From Dehalococcoidales bacterium (lineage in GTDB: Bacteria > Chloroflexota > Dehalococcoidia > Dehalococcoidales > UBA2162), in contig DAOULV010000024.1 of assembly GCA_034416335.1 (NCBI GenBank), positions 30,652 to 94,651 of the forward strand: a DNA stretch of 64,000 nt, given 5' to 3'. The notes beneath the pieces were generated by a model that searched no databases, was not told the origin of the DNA, and worked only from the letters and a program-made list of their open reading frames with translations. The position numbers and the translations under genes are program-made. This document shows, one piece after another, positions 29,395-38,984 of the stretch (the stretch's first letter is position 1; each line of letters begins with the position of its first letter).

Positions 29395-30260
29395 TATTCC
29401 TCACCAAGCAGCGCCAGTTCACCCGACATTATTCTATCCACTGTCTGGTATCCCCATTCATCCTGTTTCCGATGGGCGTATAAACCAACGGCAATAATAA
29501 GATATCCGTAAATAAACAGCACTTCCGGAATCGTTGTATACAAAAGAGAGCCTTCGGAAAGCATCCCGGGGAAAAGTGTCGTTATCAACTGGAATATATA
29601 GTCGAAAATAGTGGCGCAGACTATTCCCAGTATTATTACCGTAAAGGTCAGACTCTGCCTTTGCTGTGATTTCAGGTACTGAATATACAGCCATAAAACC
29701 GGTGCCAGGACGATAATTAAAAGGGCATCAAGCACGCGTATCGTAATCTGGAATATTCCGGACAGCTCAAGTGAAGGACTATTTTTCAACAGGTCCGCAA
29801 CCGGATATAGAGCCAGCAGCAGGCAAAATACGGCAGTCAGTACCAGCAGTACCAGTCCGCTGCGGTTAAGTCGTGTAACGTCGATTACCCGAAGCAAATT
29901 AATACAGAAAAACAGCAGCATCGCGTAAACGACAAATTGTACTCCCTGTACAATCTGTAATATCTCCGCATTCTCCAGGCGTGACTCGAGTGCAGGGATT
30001 AATAGAGGTGTATTCGACAGGAATAGAATAACAGCCAGAGCGTAAATCAGAAGAAACAGGGAAAGAAATATAAACGCGGCTTTTAACTGCTTCCGGTAAC
30101 TGAATGACACCCATAACGCCAGATACGAGCCCAGCAGGAGAGCTACCGGTTCCAGTATATCGACATACATAGTCATCGCATTCTCGGGAAGTAGCAGGAC
30201 GACCAGAGCCGGTATTGCTATCGCGGGCAGCGCTATTTTCAAAAAACGAGTGTGCGTCAT
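29394..30260 (-). CDS. Multi-pass membrane protein of unknown function
   Basis: About 8 hydrophobic helices. Stop overlaps the start of the V4R gene. Start at MTHTRF is inferred. Confidence 0.75.
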   Translation of the reverse strand: MTHTRFLKIALPAIAIPALVVLLLPENAMTMYVDILEPVALLLGSYLALWVSFSYRKQLKAAFIFLSLFLLIYALAVILFLSNTPLLIPALESRLENAEILQIVQGVQFVVYAMLLFFCINLLRVIDVTRLNRSGLVLLVLTAVFCLLLALYPVADLLKNSPSLELSGIFQITIRVLDALLIIVLAPVLWLYIQYLKSQQRQSLTFTVIILGIVCATIFDYIFQLITTLFPGMLSEGSLLYTTIPEVLFIYGYLIIAVGLYAHRKQDEWGYQTVDRIMSGELALLGEE

Positions 30261-30427
30261 ACAGTGCACCTTAATAGTTGAACATTTTACCATAAACCTA
30301 AGTTCAGCGTCCTTAGCCGAAAGTTTAAACATTCGCGTAACAATATTCGCAAATCAACCGGAGCCGTAATGTATCGATATCATTCATCACAGAGCAATGT
30401 TATAATTGAGAACGCGGGAAGGAATAT

Positions 30428-31147
30428 ATGGAAAAACTTATTGCCGGGGCTGAAAAGCTGGGGCTGACGCTGAGTCAGGAACAGGTCGGGCAGTTCGAAG
30501 ATTACTGCCGGGAAATGCTGGACTGGAACCAGCGGGTAAACCTTACGGCGATTACCGGATACGAGGAAGTGCAGGTAAGACATTTCCTTGATTCACTGGC
30601 AATTTACCCAGTGATGGACAGGTCTCAGCCGCTGAAAAACCTGCACATACTTGATGTCGGCACCGGCGCCGGACTGCCGGGACTGCCGCTGAAAATAGCC
30701 CTCCCGGAGATAAAGCTAACACTGCTGGAATCCACCGCGAAAAAGACCGCATTCCTGAAATATCTCGTCAGTGCACTGGGACTGAAAGACACCGAGGTTC
30801 TTACCGGTCGTGCGGAAAAACTAGCTCGGGAAGACAGCTACCGGGCGGGTTTTAACACCGTAATTTCCAGGGCAGTAGCTGCTCTGAGTACGCTCGTGGA
30901 ACTGACGCTGCCCTTCTGTCCTACCGGCGGAACCGTTATTTTGCCCAAGAAAGGTAACATCCGGCAGGAAGTGGAAGAAGCCCTTAAAGCAATAGATATT
31001 CTCGGCGGCAGTCTGCGTGAAATTAAGATGGTTGACCTTGATGAACTGAACGATGAAAGATACATGGTTGTTATAGACAAGGTTTCCCCGACTCCAGATA
31101 AATACCCGCGTAGACCGGGCATTCCCGAAAAAAGACCTATTAAGTGA
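30428..31147 (+). CDS. rsmG: 16S rRNA m7G527 methyltransferase
   Basis: WNQRVNLTAI, HFLDSL, DVGTGAGLPG, GRAE, SRAVA, PRRPGIP. Confidence 0.96.
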   Translation: MEKLIAGAEKLGLTLSQEQVGQFEDYCREMLDWNQRVNLTAITGYEEVQVRHFLDSLAIYPVMDRSQPLKNLHILDVGTGAGLPGLPLKIALPEIKLTLLESTAKKTAFLKYLVSALGLKDTEVLTGRAEKLAREDSYRAGFNTVISRAVAALSTLVELTLPFCPTGGTVILPKKGNIRQEVEEALKAIDILGGSLREIKMVDLDELNDERYMVVIDKVSPTPDKYPRRPGIPEKRPIK

Positions 31148-31162
31148 GATAAACAAATCAGT

Positions 31163-32095
31163 ATGAACAGTATCACCGGTGCATTACAAGAAAGCTTTGA
31201 CCGTTCCGGATATAAATTCAGGAATGTGTCCATCACACGCCTTCCGGAGATTCAGGAAGCCGTCGGAAGGCTTGTCAGAAACGGAGTCATCAGTAAGCTG
31301 TTGCATGCAAACTGGCACTTTTATCTCAGGGAAAACGATAACCTCCCTGATGCCAAAACAATCATTGTTGTTGCGATACCCCAGCCCATTACTCGCCTCA
31401 GATTCGCATGGCAGGGAACCACCTACTCCGCCGATGTCGCGCCGCAGTTTATTTTTACAGATGACGAGTCCCGCGCTGAAAAGATACTGAAAGATACGCT
31501 GGAACTCCACGGTTACAGTGTTGCCAGGGCTCATCTGGCACTGAAAACACTGGCAGCCGGAAGTGGACTGGCGGAGTATGGTCGAAATAACATCACCTAT
31601 ATTCCGGGGATGGGTAGTTTATTCAGATTGGTAGCTTTCTATAGCGACGTTCCCAACGAAGAAGATAAATGGCAAGAACCACAAATGATGGCCGACTGTG
31701 AAAACTGCTCTCTATGCAGGGAAATCTGTCCGACAGGCAGCATTTCCTCCGAACGTTTTTTAATAAGCGCCGAGAAATGTTTGGGCTCCCTCGGTGAAAG
31801 GAATCCGGATTTCGCTTACTGGGCACGACTGCAACCGGAATATCGCAGTGCATTTATCGGCTGTATGCTCTGTCAATCTGTATGCCCGGCAAACAGGTTC
31901 TACCTGGACAATATCAGCGAGGGTGCCCTGTTCCGGGAAGATGAAACCGGACTGATTCTGGACGACACCCCCCTGGAATCGCTGCCGCCCGAAACAAGAA
32001 AGAAACTGAATAATCCCTCCGATGCTTTATACCGTCGACTGCTGTCAAACCTGAAAGCGCTGATTGAAAAGCAATCAAAACCAAATAACACCTGA
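31163..32095 (+). CDS. QueG-like two-[4Fe-4S] protein
   Basis: SGLAEYGRNN, CENCSLCREICPTG, EKCL, GCMLCQSVCPAN. Confidence 0.75.
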   Translation: MNSITGALQESFDRSGYKFRNVSITRLPEIQEAVGRLVRNGVISKLLHANWHFYLRENDNLPDAKTIIVVAIPQPITRLRFAWQGTTYSADVAPQFIFTDDESRAEKILKDTLELHGYSVARAHLALKTLAAGSGLAEYGRNNITYIPGMGSLFRLVAFYSDVPNEEDKWQEPQMMADCENCSLCREICPTGSISSERFLISAEKCLGSLGERNPDFAYWARLQPEYRSAFIGCMLCQSVCPANRFYLDNISEGALFREDETGLILDDTPLESLPPETRKKLNNPSDALYRRLLSNLKALIEKQSKPNNT

Positions 32096-32198
32096 CGGTA
32101 ATCAGGATTGATAAACCCGCTCAGCTGCCGAGTCATTCTGGCGCAGGCGGGAACCTACTTTTTGCAGCCTGAATATCCACTCAATAGAGGCATTAAGC

Positions 32199-32227
32199 TT
32201 GATAAACATAACTATTGGTAGTAGAAT
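32199..32227 (+). promoter_or_regulatory. Sigma70-type promoter for pdxST-pyrE
   Basis: TTGATA-17 nt-TAGAAT. Confidence 0.65.
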
Positions 32228-32271
32228 TTACTACAGAACACAGTCAAATTCACCAGCGAAAAGAGGACAAA

Positions 32272-33153
32272 ATGGAAACCGGAACGTGGAAAGTTAAGAC
32301 CGGACTCGCCCAGATGCTCAAGGGCGGCGTGATAATGGATGTGGTCACACCCGAGCATGCCAAGATAGCCGAAGACGCCGGTGCATGCGCGGTAATGGCT
32401 CTGGAGAGGGTCCCGGCTGATATCAGGGCTGCCGGCGGCGTCGCCCGCATGGCTGACCCTACTATAATCGAAAATATAATGAAATCGGTAACCATCCCGG
32501 TTATGGCGAAATGCCGGATAGGCCATTTCGTTGAAGCGCAGGCACTCCAGGCCCTCGGAGTGGACTATATCGACGAATCGGAAGTCCTGACGCCTGCCGA
32601 TGAAAACTACCATGTCTGGAAGCACGACTTCAAAACTCCCTTTGTCTGCGGCTGCCGCGACCTTGGAGAGGCTCTCCGCCGCATCGGCGAGGGCGCGGCA
32701 ATGATAAGGACAAAGGGCGAAGCCGGTACCGGGAACATCGTGGAAGCGGTCAGGCATATGCGGACTGTGATGGACGGTATCCGCAGCCTGGTAAATGCCC
32801 CGCAGGAAGAACTGATGAAAATCGCCAAGGAAATGGGCGCTCCTTTCGAACTGGTCGAGGAAGTACACAGGACGGGTAAACTGCCGGTGGTGAACTTCGC
32901 CGCAGGTGGAGTCGCAACGCCGGCCGATGCAGCCTTGATGATGCAGCTTGGTGCCGAGGGTGTTTTCGTCGGTTCGGGAATATTCAAGTCGAGTAATCCG
33001 AGTGTCAGAGCCAGAGCAATCGTCGAAGCCACCACTCACTATGAAGACCCGGAGATAATAGCTAAAGTCTCGAAAGACCTCGGCGAAGCAATGCCGGGAC
33101 TGGAGATAAAACAGATTCCGGAAGACGAACTGCTGGCATCCAGGGGATGGTAG
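32272..33153 (+). CDS. pdxS: PLP synthase lyase subunit
   Basis: [57 protein letters not shown] precedes ATG 32272. Confidence 0.97.
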   Translation: METGTWKVKTGLAQMLKGGVIMDVVTPEHAKIAEDAGACAVMALERVPADIRAAGGVARMADPTIIENIMKSVTIPVMAKCRIGHFVEAQALQALGVDYIDESEVLTPADENYHVWKHDFKTPFVCGCRDLGEALRRIGEGAAMIRTKGEAGTGNIVEAVRHMRTVMDGIRSLVNAPQEELMKIAKEMGAPFELVEEVHRTGKLPVVNFAAGGVATPADAALMMQLGAEGVFVGSGIFKSSNPSVRARAIVEATTHYEDPEIIAKVSKDLGEAMPGLEIKQIPEDELLASRGW

Positions 33154-33176
33154 CGGATATCACAGAGGAAAAAGGT

Positions 33177-33755
33177 ATGAAAATAGGTGTCCTTGCATCG
33201 CAGGGAGCCTTTGCCGAACACATAGCCGTACTGAAAAAACTGGGCGTAGAAGCTTCACCCGTCCGTCTGCCCCGACAGCTGGCAGGTCTGGACGGGTTAA
33301 TTATTCCCGGCGGAGAAAGTACCACCATCAGCAAGCTGATGAAGGATGACGACCTTATATCAGGTATAAAGAAGCTTGCCGGAGAAGGAAAACCCGTATT
33401 CGGTACCTGTGCCGGAATGATACTGCTGGCAAAGGAGCTACCCGGGTCGACGGTAGAACCTCTCGGACTGATAGATATATCCGTCAGGCGTAACGCCTTC
33501 GGCAGGCAAAATGAGAGTTTCGAGACGGAACTCGACATCCCGGTACTGGGAGAAAAGCCTTTCCACGGAGTATTTATCCGGGCACCACTGATAGAAAGCG
33601 TCAACGGCACCACCGAAGTACTCGCCAGGCTGGAAGACGGTACGGCGGTAGCGGCAAGACAGGGAAAATTCCTCGTCTCCGCTTTTCACCCGGAGCTGAC
33701 AGACGACCCGAGATTCCACCGGTATTTTCTGGATATAATAGCAGGGGAAAAGTGA
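33177..33755 (+). CDS. pdxT: PLP synthase glutaminase subunit
   Basis: GVLASQG, IIPGGEST, FGTCAG, RNAFGRQ, FIRAP, FHPEL. Confidence 0.97.
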   Translation: MKIGVLASQGAFAEHIAVLKKLGVEASPVRLPRQLAGLDGLIIPGGESTTISKLMKDDDLISGIKKLAGEGKPVFGTCAGMILLAKELPGSTVEPLGLIDISVRRNAFGRQNESFETELDIPVLGEKPFHGVFIRAPLIESVNGTTEVLARLEDGTAVAARQGKFLVSAFHPELTDDPRFHRYFLDIIAGEK

Positions 33756-33761
33756 GAGTAA

Positions 33762-34292
33762 ATGGACAGAAAAGAACTGGCGGCGAAAATCTATAAAGTA
33801 TCGCACCTGACCGGGAGTTTCACGCTGCGCTCGGGGCAGGTGTCAAACGAATACTTCGATAAGTACCTGTTCGAATCCGACCCGGCGCTGCTGGCTGATA
33901 TTGCCGTCGAAATGGCGAAGCTTATCCCTGAAGGTACCGAAATCCTGGCAGGCCTGGAGATGGGAGGTATCCCCGTGGCCACGGCTTTGTCGATGAAAAC
34001 GGGAATTCCGGTTGTATACGTGAGAAAGAAAGACAAGGAATACGGGACCTGCAAGCTGGCGGAAGGGGCGGATATAAAAGGAAAGAAAATTTGCGTTATC
34101 GAGGATGTCATCACTACCGGCGGTCAGGTCGTGTTGAGTACGAACGACCTGAGAGGTTTCGGAGCAAAGGTAGAACACGTCCTGTGTGTAATCGAACGCG
34201 ATATTAAAGGCCGCGAAAACCTGAAAAAAGCAGGGCTTGAACTGCATTCCCTGTTCACCATGGATGAACTGAAATCGAGTGTCGATGAATAA
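33762..34292 (+). CDS. pyrE: Orotate phosphoribosyltransferase
   Basis: FTLRSG..S..YFDK, VRK..KEYGT, VIEDVITTGG PRPP loop. Confidence 0.9.
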   Translation: MDRKELAAKIYKVSHLTGSFTLRSGQVSNEYFDKYLFESDPALLADIAVEMAKLIPEGTEILAGLEMGGIPVATALSMKTGIPVVYVRKKDKEYGTCKLAEGADIKGKKICVIEDVITTGGQVVLSTNDLRGFGAKVEHVLCVIERDIKGRENLKKAGLELHSLFTMDELKSSVDE

Positions 34293-34318
34293 AATGAGTA
34301 TCTTGAAGGAGAATCCCG

Positions 34319-35908
34319 TTGTACGTTCCCGATAACCGACCCTGGTTTAAATTCTGGCCGGAAGGTATACCTCGCCATATAGACTACCCTGAGATACCGC
34401 TTTTCGAGTTTCTGACGTCTTCGGCTGAAAAATACCCGGACAAGCCAGCTTTCTGCTGCGGACAAGATAAAATCACCTTCGGTGAGTTAAACGACCGGAC
34501 CAGCCGGCTTGCTGCCGCACTATCTGGATTCGGGCTTAAACCGCGCGGCAGGGTTGTTGTTTTTCTTCCCAACAGCATCGAGTACGTAATCGGCTATTAC
34601 GGGATACTTAAAGCGGGAGGTGCGGTCACTCCGGTAAATCCCACCTACAAGAAAGACGAGCTAAGGCACGTGATAACCGATTCGGAAGCCGCCGTCATAA
34701 TCTGCAACAGAGATACCTATCCAGTCGTAGAAGAAATCAGGGAAGAGACAGACCTGAAAGCAGTCATAATGGCCGACAACGAAGATATACGCGGAACGAT
34801 TACGCTGGAAAGTATTATGAATGAATATCCCGCCACAGCACCGGAGGTGGAAATCGAGCCGCGGGAGGATACAGCAGCCATAGAATATACCGGCGGTACC
34901 ACGGGTTTCCCGAAAGGTGCGATGCTGACCCATTACAACCTGGTAGCCAACGCCATCCAGAACGCAACTTTCCTGAGCTGGACCGAAAACGATGTAATAG
35001 TCGGGCTGCTCCCCTTCTATCACAGCTGGGGCGCCTGCACCTGCGTCAACTCGCCGATATACGCAGGGGCAAAAGTGGTGACGATGCCCCGTTACGACAC
35101 GGACACACTGCTCGAGACTATAGAAAAGGAAAAGGTAACCCTGCTGCACGGCGCGGCGTCGCTGTACACAATGCTGCTGAACAGCCCGTCGATGGGTAAA
35201 CACGACCTCTCGAACCTGAGATACGTGAAAGCCGGGGCAATGCCTATTCCGCCGGAAATCAAGGAGAAGTGGGAAAAGAAAACCGGTGTCAAAATGATAC
35301 TCGCTTACGGACTGAGCGAAGCCTCGCCGGAAACACATACCTCGCCGCCGGACAGGATTAAGCCCGGTACCATAGGTATTCCGATTATGGATACGGACGC
35401 CCGGATTATGGACGAGGAAACCGGAACGAAGGAACTGCCGCCGGGTGAAGTCGGCGAACTGGTTCTGAGAGGACCGCAGGTAATGAAAGGCTATCTCAAC
35501 CAGCCGGAAGAAAATGCCGTCACGCTGAGGGACGGGTGGCTTCACACCGGAGACCTTGCCAGGATGGATGAAGAGGGTTATTTTTATATTGTAGACAGGA
35601 AAAAGGAGATAATAATATACAAGGGATACTCAATTGCTCCGGCAGAGGTGGAAGCTGCTCTCTACGAGCATCCTGAGGTCAGAGAATGCGCTGTGGTCGG
35701 CGTGCCGGACGACCTGGCAGGAGAACTTCCGAAGGCTTATGTGGTGCCGAGGGAAGGGTGCAGTCTTTCGGAAGAAGAACTGATTGAATTCTGTAAGGAG
35801 AAGCTTTCTCCTTACAAGAGGATAAGACTTGTGGAATTTATCGACGAGATACCGAAAACGCAGGTCGGTAAAGTCCTGAGAAGAATATTGAGAGACAGGA
35901 CACAATAA
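34319..35908 (+). CDS. Long-chain acyl-CoA synthetase (AMP-binding)
   Basis: [38 protein letters not shown]. Confidence 0.92.
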   Translation: MYVPDNRPWFKFWPEGIPRHIDYPEIPLFEFLTSSAEKYPDKPAFCCGQDKITFGELNDRTSRLAAALSGFGLKPRGRVVVFLPNSIEYVIGYYGILKAGGAVTPVNPTYKKDELRHVITDSEAAVIICNRDTYPVVEEIREETDLKAVIMADNEDIRGTITLESIMNEYPATAPEVEIEPREDTAAIEYTGGTTGFPKGAMLTHYNLVANAIQNATFLSWTENDVIVGLLPFYHSWGACTCVNSPIYAGAKVVTMPRYDTDTLLETIEKEKVTLLHGAASLYTMLLNSPSMGKHDLSNLRYVKAGAMPIPPEIKEKWEKKTGVKMILAYGLSEASPETHTSPPDRIKPGTIGIPIMDTDARIMDEETGTKELPPGEVGELVLRGPQVMKGYLNQPEENAVTLRDGWLHTGDLARMDEEGYFYIVDRKKEIIIYKGYSIAPAEVEAALYEHPEVRECAVVGVPDDLAGELPKAYVVPREGCSLSEEELIEFCKEKLSPYKRIRLVEFIDEIPKTQVGKVLRRILRDRTQ

Positions 35909-35951
35909 GCTGCAGCCGGAAACTTACATCCGGCAGCAGCGGGAGGAACCG

Positions 35952-37481
35952 GTGCAAAAGGTAATAACAGATGACCTGGATGCAATACTGAATATATTCC
36001 CGCCGCATATACAGACGCCTTTATCTCAACAGCCTGACGTCCACGAACTTATCGAAGTAATACTTGACCTGGGACGTCCGGCGGAAGCGCGTTTTCCGGA
36101 CAGGGAAATCGTCCTGTATCCGGTGGAAGTCAGTGAAGAAGATATCGAATATGTATCCTCACGGGTCGGTACCTTCGGAGATGATAACCGGGCAGGTATC
36201 GAACGCACTTTACACCGCATATCGGCAATCCGCAACCGGCAGGGACGCATCGTGGGACTCACCTGCCGCGTCGGACGGGCTGTTACCGGCACCATAAAAG
36301 TAATCGAAGACCTGATAACCTCCGGCAAGAGCGTTATGCTGCTAGGAAGGCCCGGTGTAGGTAAAACGACAATGCTTCGGGAAATAGCGCGAGTGCTTGG
36401 CGACGATTTCAATAAACGCGTGATAATCGTCGATACCTCCAATGAAATCGCCGGTGACGGCGATATCCCCCACCCGGCAATCGGTCACGCCCGACGGATG
36501 CAGGTAACTTCGCCAATCAACCAGCACGCCGTAATGATCGAAGCCGTGGAAAACCATATGCCGGAAGTTATAGTTATCGACGAGATGGGCACCGAACTGG
36601 AAGCGCTGGCAGCCAGGACCATAGCGGAACGCGGCGTCCAGCTGGTCGGGACCGCCCACGGCAACACGCTGGAAAACCTGATCCTGAACCCGACTCTCTC
36701 CGACCTCATCGGCGGAATCCAGAGCGTGACGCTGGGAGACGAGGAAGCCAAGCGGCGCGGCACCCAGAAATCGATTCTCGAACGGACGTCTCCTCCCACT
36801 TTCGATATCGTCGTCGAAATACAGGACAGGGACAGGGTTGCCATTCATCCTGACGTCGCCGAAGCGGTGGACGCCACCCTTCGCGGACAGGCCGCGCCTA
36901 CGGAGGTACGCTGGCTGGATGACGAGGGCGAGGTGGTCATCGAGAAACCGGCGCCGGTTAAGACTACGGTTAAAAGCGCGAGGAATGCACCGCAGGTCAG
37001 GGAAGGCAAGCTTCACCGGCTGTACCTTTTCGGGGTAAACCGGGGCAGGTTCGAGCAGACAGCCAAAGATATGCTGGCAAATGTGGAGATTGTGGAAAAC
37101 ATCAGGAACGCCGACCTTTTCGTAACCTCGAAACGCTACTACCGACGTAAACCTCAGAAGGTGAAGGACGCTGAAATCAGCAACCTGCCGATATACGTCC
37201 TTAGAAGCAACACTCCATCACAAATAAGGCAGTTCCTGCATACTATTACGCCGGGAAGCAGAAGCTACGAGAATTTCGAAAGGCAGGATTCTCTAACCTC
37301 GGCGCTCAAAGAAGCCCACGAAGCGGTCAACCTGGTGAAAAACGGCGAGGAAGAGGTGGAATTAAGCCCCCAGGGAGCCTATATCCGCCGGCTCCAGCAC
37401 CTCATCGCCGAACGCAATGAACTAAATTCCCAAAGCGCCGGGAAAGACCCTCAGAGACGTGTCAGGTTCTACAGGGGATAA
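35952..37481 (+). CDS. SpoIIIAA/Ycf45-like AAA ATPase with C-terminal R3H domain
   Basis: [35 protein letters not shown], and IRRLQH (R3H). Confidence 0.9.
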   Translation: MQKVITDDLDAILNIFPPHIQTPLSQQPDVHELIEVILDLGRPAEARFPDREIVLYPVEVSEEDIEYVSSRVGTFGDDNRAGIERTLHRISAIRNRQGRIVGLTCRVGRAVTGTIKVIEDLITSGKSVMLLGRPGVGKTTMLREIARVLGDDFNKRVIIVDTSNEIAGDGDIPHPAIGHARRMQVTSPINQHAVMIEAVENHMPEVIVIDEMGTELEALAARTIAERGVQLVGTAHGNTLENLILNPTLSDLIGGIQSVTLGDEEAKRRGTQKSILERTSPPTFDIVVEIQDRDRVAIHPDVAEAVDATLRGQAAPTEVRWLDDEGEVVIEKPAPVKTTVKSARNAPQVREGKLHRLYLFGVNRGRFEQTAKDMLANVEIVENIRNADLFVTSKRYYRRKPQKVKDAEISNLPIYVLRSNTPSQIRQFLHTITPGSRSYENFERQDSLTSALKEAHEAVNLVKNGEEEVELSPQGAYIRRLQHLIAERNELNSQSAGKDPQRRVRFYRG

Positions 37482-37512
37482 AGATTTTAAGCCATCAATC
37501 CCTATATTATTC

Positions 37513-38271
37513 CTATTCTCCCGATAATCTCTGAACTAAAGTACTTCCTGTACTGTAACCTAAAACAGTGAGTTTATAACCTGACTGCTTATTACCATCA
37601 ATCAATTTACCCCTGTATAACGAACTAATGGTATTTGAAACAGTAGATGAAGGACGGCGATTCATATCCTTATGTAATTGTGATGTTAAAATGAAATTTG
37701 GATAATAATGCAACAACAGAATAATTGCTTCTTCTTTAGCTGTACAGGATTTTAATACGAGCCTACGCTCACCAAAATCCTCCACTATAAGACTTGCAGG
37801 TAGTTGAATAAATTCAATTAATCTACCTGCAGTATCCATATCAGATGAAATTACATATCGCATCATCTCAGACATAACCCATTGAGCTGCTGCATATAAA
37901 TAACGTAGATCATAAATATTTGGGTCTATTCCACTCTTATGTGTAATACCTCTTTTATTACGCAGAGTATATATTCCACGCACAATCCTTGTCATTACTA
38001 TTTTTAGATCTTGAGATAGGTCTACTGAACGAGCTTCAGTATTTTTTAAAAAATCTTCTATCTCTCCAGTTTTAAATGTTTTTGAATATTCACCCGTAGA
38101 AATATACTGCAATATTTGTACAATAGTTTCCGCGAACTTACCTGGCGTTGCTTTCCCCAGTGTTTGTGTAATTACATCATATTTTATAGATATAAATTCA
38201 TTAACTAGGTCACTCGCAAGTTCACTAGGAATTGCAACTTTTAAAGCTTCCACTAGGTCTGATGGCATCAT
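37513..38271 (-). CDS. Putative HEPN RNase + C-terminal winged-helix protein
   Basis: IYTLRNKRGITH (R-x6-H) in a helical N-terminal domain. C-terminus TVSNTISSL..KLIDG...YKLTVLG resembles wHTH. AT-rich. Confidence 0.65.
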   Translation of the reverse strand: MMPSDLVEALKVAIPSELASDLVNEFISIKYDVITQTLGKATPGKFAETIVQILQYISTGEYSKTFKTGEIEDFLKNTEARSVDLSQDLKIVMTRIVRGIYTLRNKRGITHKSGIDPNIYDLRYLYAAAQWVMSEMMRYVISSDMDTAGRLIEFIQLPASLIVEDFGERRLVLKSCTAKEEAIILLLHYYPNFILTSQLHKDMNRRPSSTVSNTISSLYRGKLIDGNKQSGYKLTVLGYSTGSTLVQRLSGE

Positions 38272-38801
38272 TGTGATAATTCCTTAATCACCTCTGCTGC
38301 TTTAATTTCGCCCGGCTTTGTTAATTGCCAGTCTTTTCCTTTAGAAATAAATAAGTTTTTTTGTCTTTTCATATGTGCTGAAAAATTCGCAGAATCGTAA
38401 ACGGCGTGTTGTTTACACAATTCAACGAGTTCGGCTTTATTTACCATCGGTGTATTGGATTCTAGTAATCCTTTAACCCCTTGCAAAAGAGCGAGTTTTA
38501 TTTGCCCCCTAGATGTAGATTTTTCTTTAAGACTACTAACTATAACAGAATATGTTTCTCCATCGTAATTGATTACCCTTTGCCATTCTTCTTCACTAAT
38601 ATTATGTCGGCTAAAAAAGTCTTGAGCAAATTTTCCCAACGTAGTAGATAAATCGTCATAATTCAGTGTATTATCTGTAATTTTATTACCAGCTAATAAT
38701 GAGTTTAGCAGAATCTTAAAACATTGAACTTGATACTTTTCAGGGCAACTATCTGCTATGGCAATCACTTCTTTAAGGTTATCCATTATATTCTCAAACA
38801 T
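38268..38801 (-). CDS. Hypothetical protein with C-terminal winged-helix-like segment; partner of the HEPN gene
   Basis: RBS AGGGGG before the ATG. C-terminus DSANFSAHMK...WQLTKPGEIKAAEVI. Stop overlaps next start (ATGA). Confidence 0.65.
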   Translation of the reverse strand: MFENIMDNLKEVIAIADSCPEKYQVQCFKILLNSLLAGNKITDNTLNYDDLSTTLGKFAQDFFSRHNISEEEWQRVINYDGETYSVIVSSLKEKSTSRGQIKLALLQGVKGLLESNTPMVNKAELVELCKQHAVYDSANFSAHMKRQKNLFISKGKDWQLTKPGEIKAAEVIKELSQ

Positions 38802-38823
38802 TTTACACCCCCTATTTTAAGTC

Positions 38824-38852
38824 ATTATATACTTATTTATGAAATTTGTAAA
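38824..38852 (-). promoter_or_regulatory. Near-consensus sigma70 promoter of the two-gene cassette
   Basis: Minus strand TTTACA-17 nt-TATAAT. Confidence 0.7.
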
Positions 38853-38984
38853 GTAAGTCCATATATATTGATTACTCATAGGACGTTTCACTTGTGACTC
38901 AATACGCTCCATGAATATGTTATTTTGATCCGTATGATACCCCAAATATATGTTTTATTATTATGACAGGCTATAATATAGTCT

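Noticed and set aside
31163-32095. Respiratory reductive dehalogenase (rdhA)
   Set aside because: Only 310 aa, no Tat signal and no adjacent rdhB anchor. Kept as QueG-like.
38812-38845. Xer/dif-like site at the cassette edge
   Set aside because: Resemblance is weak and explained by an AT-rich promoter (TATAAT).
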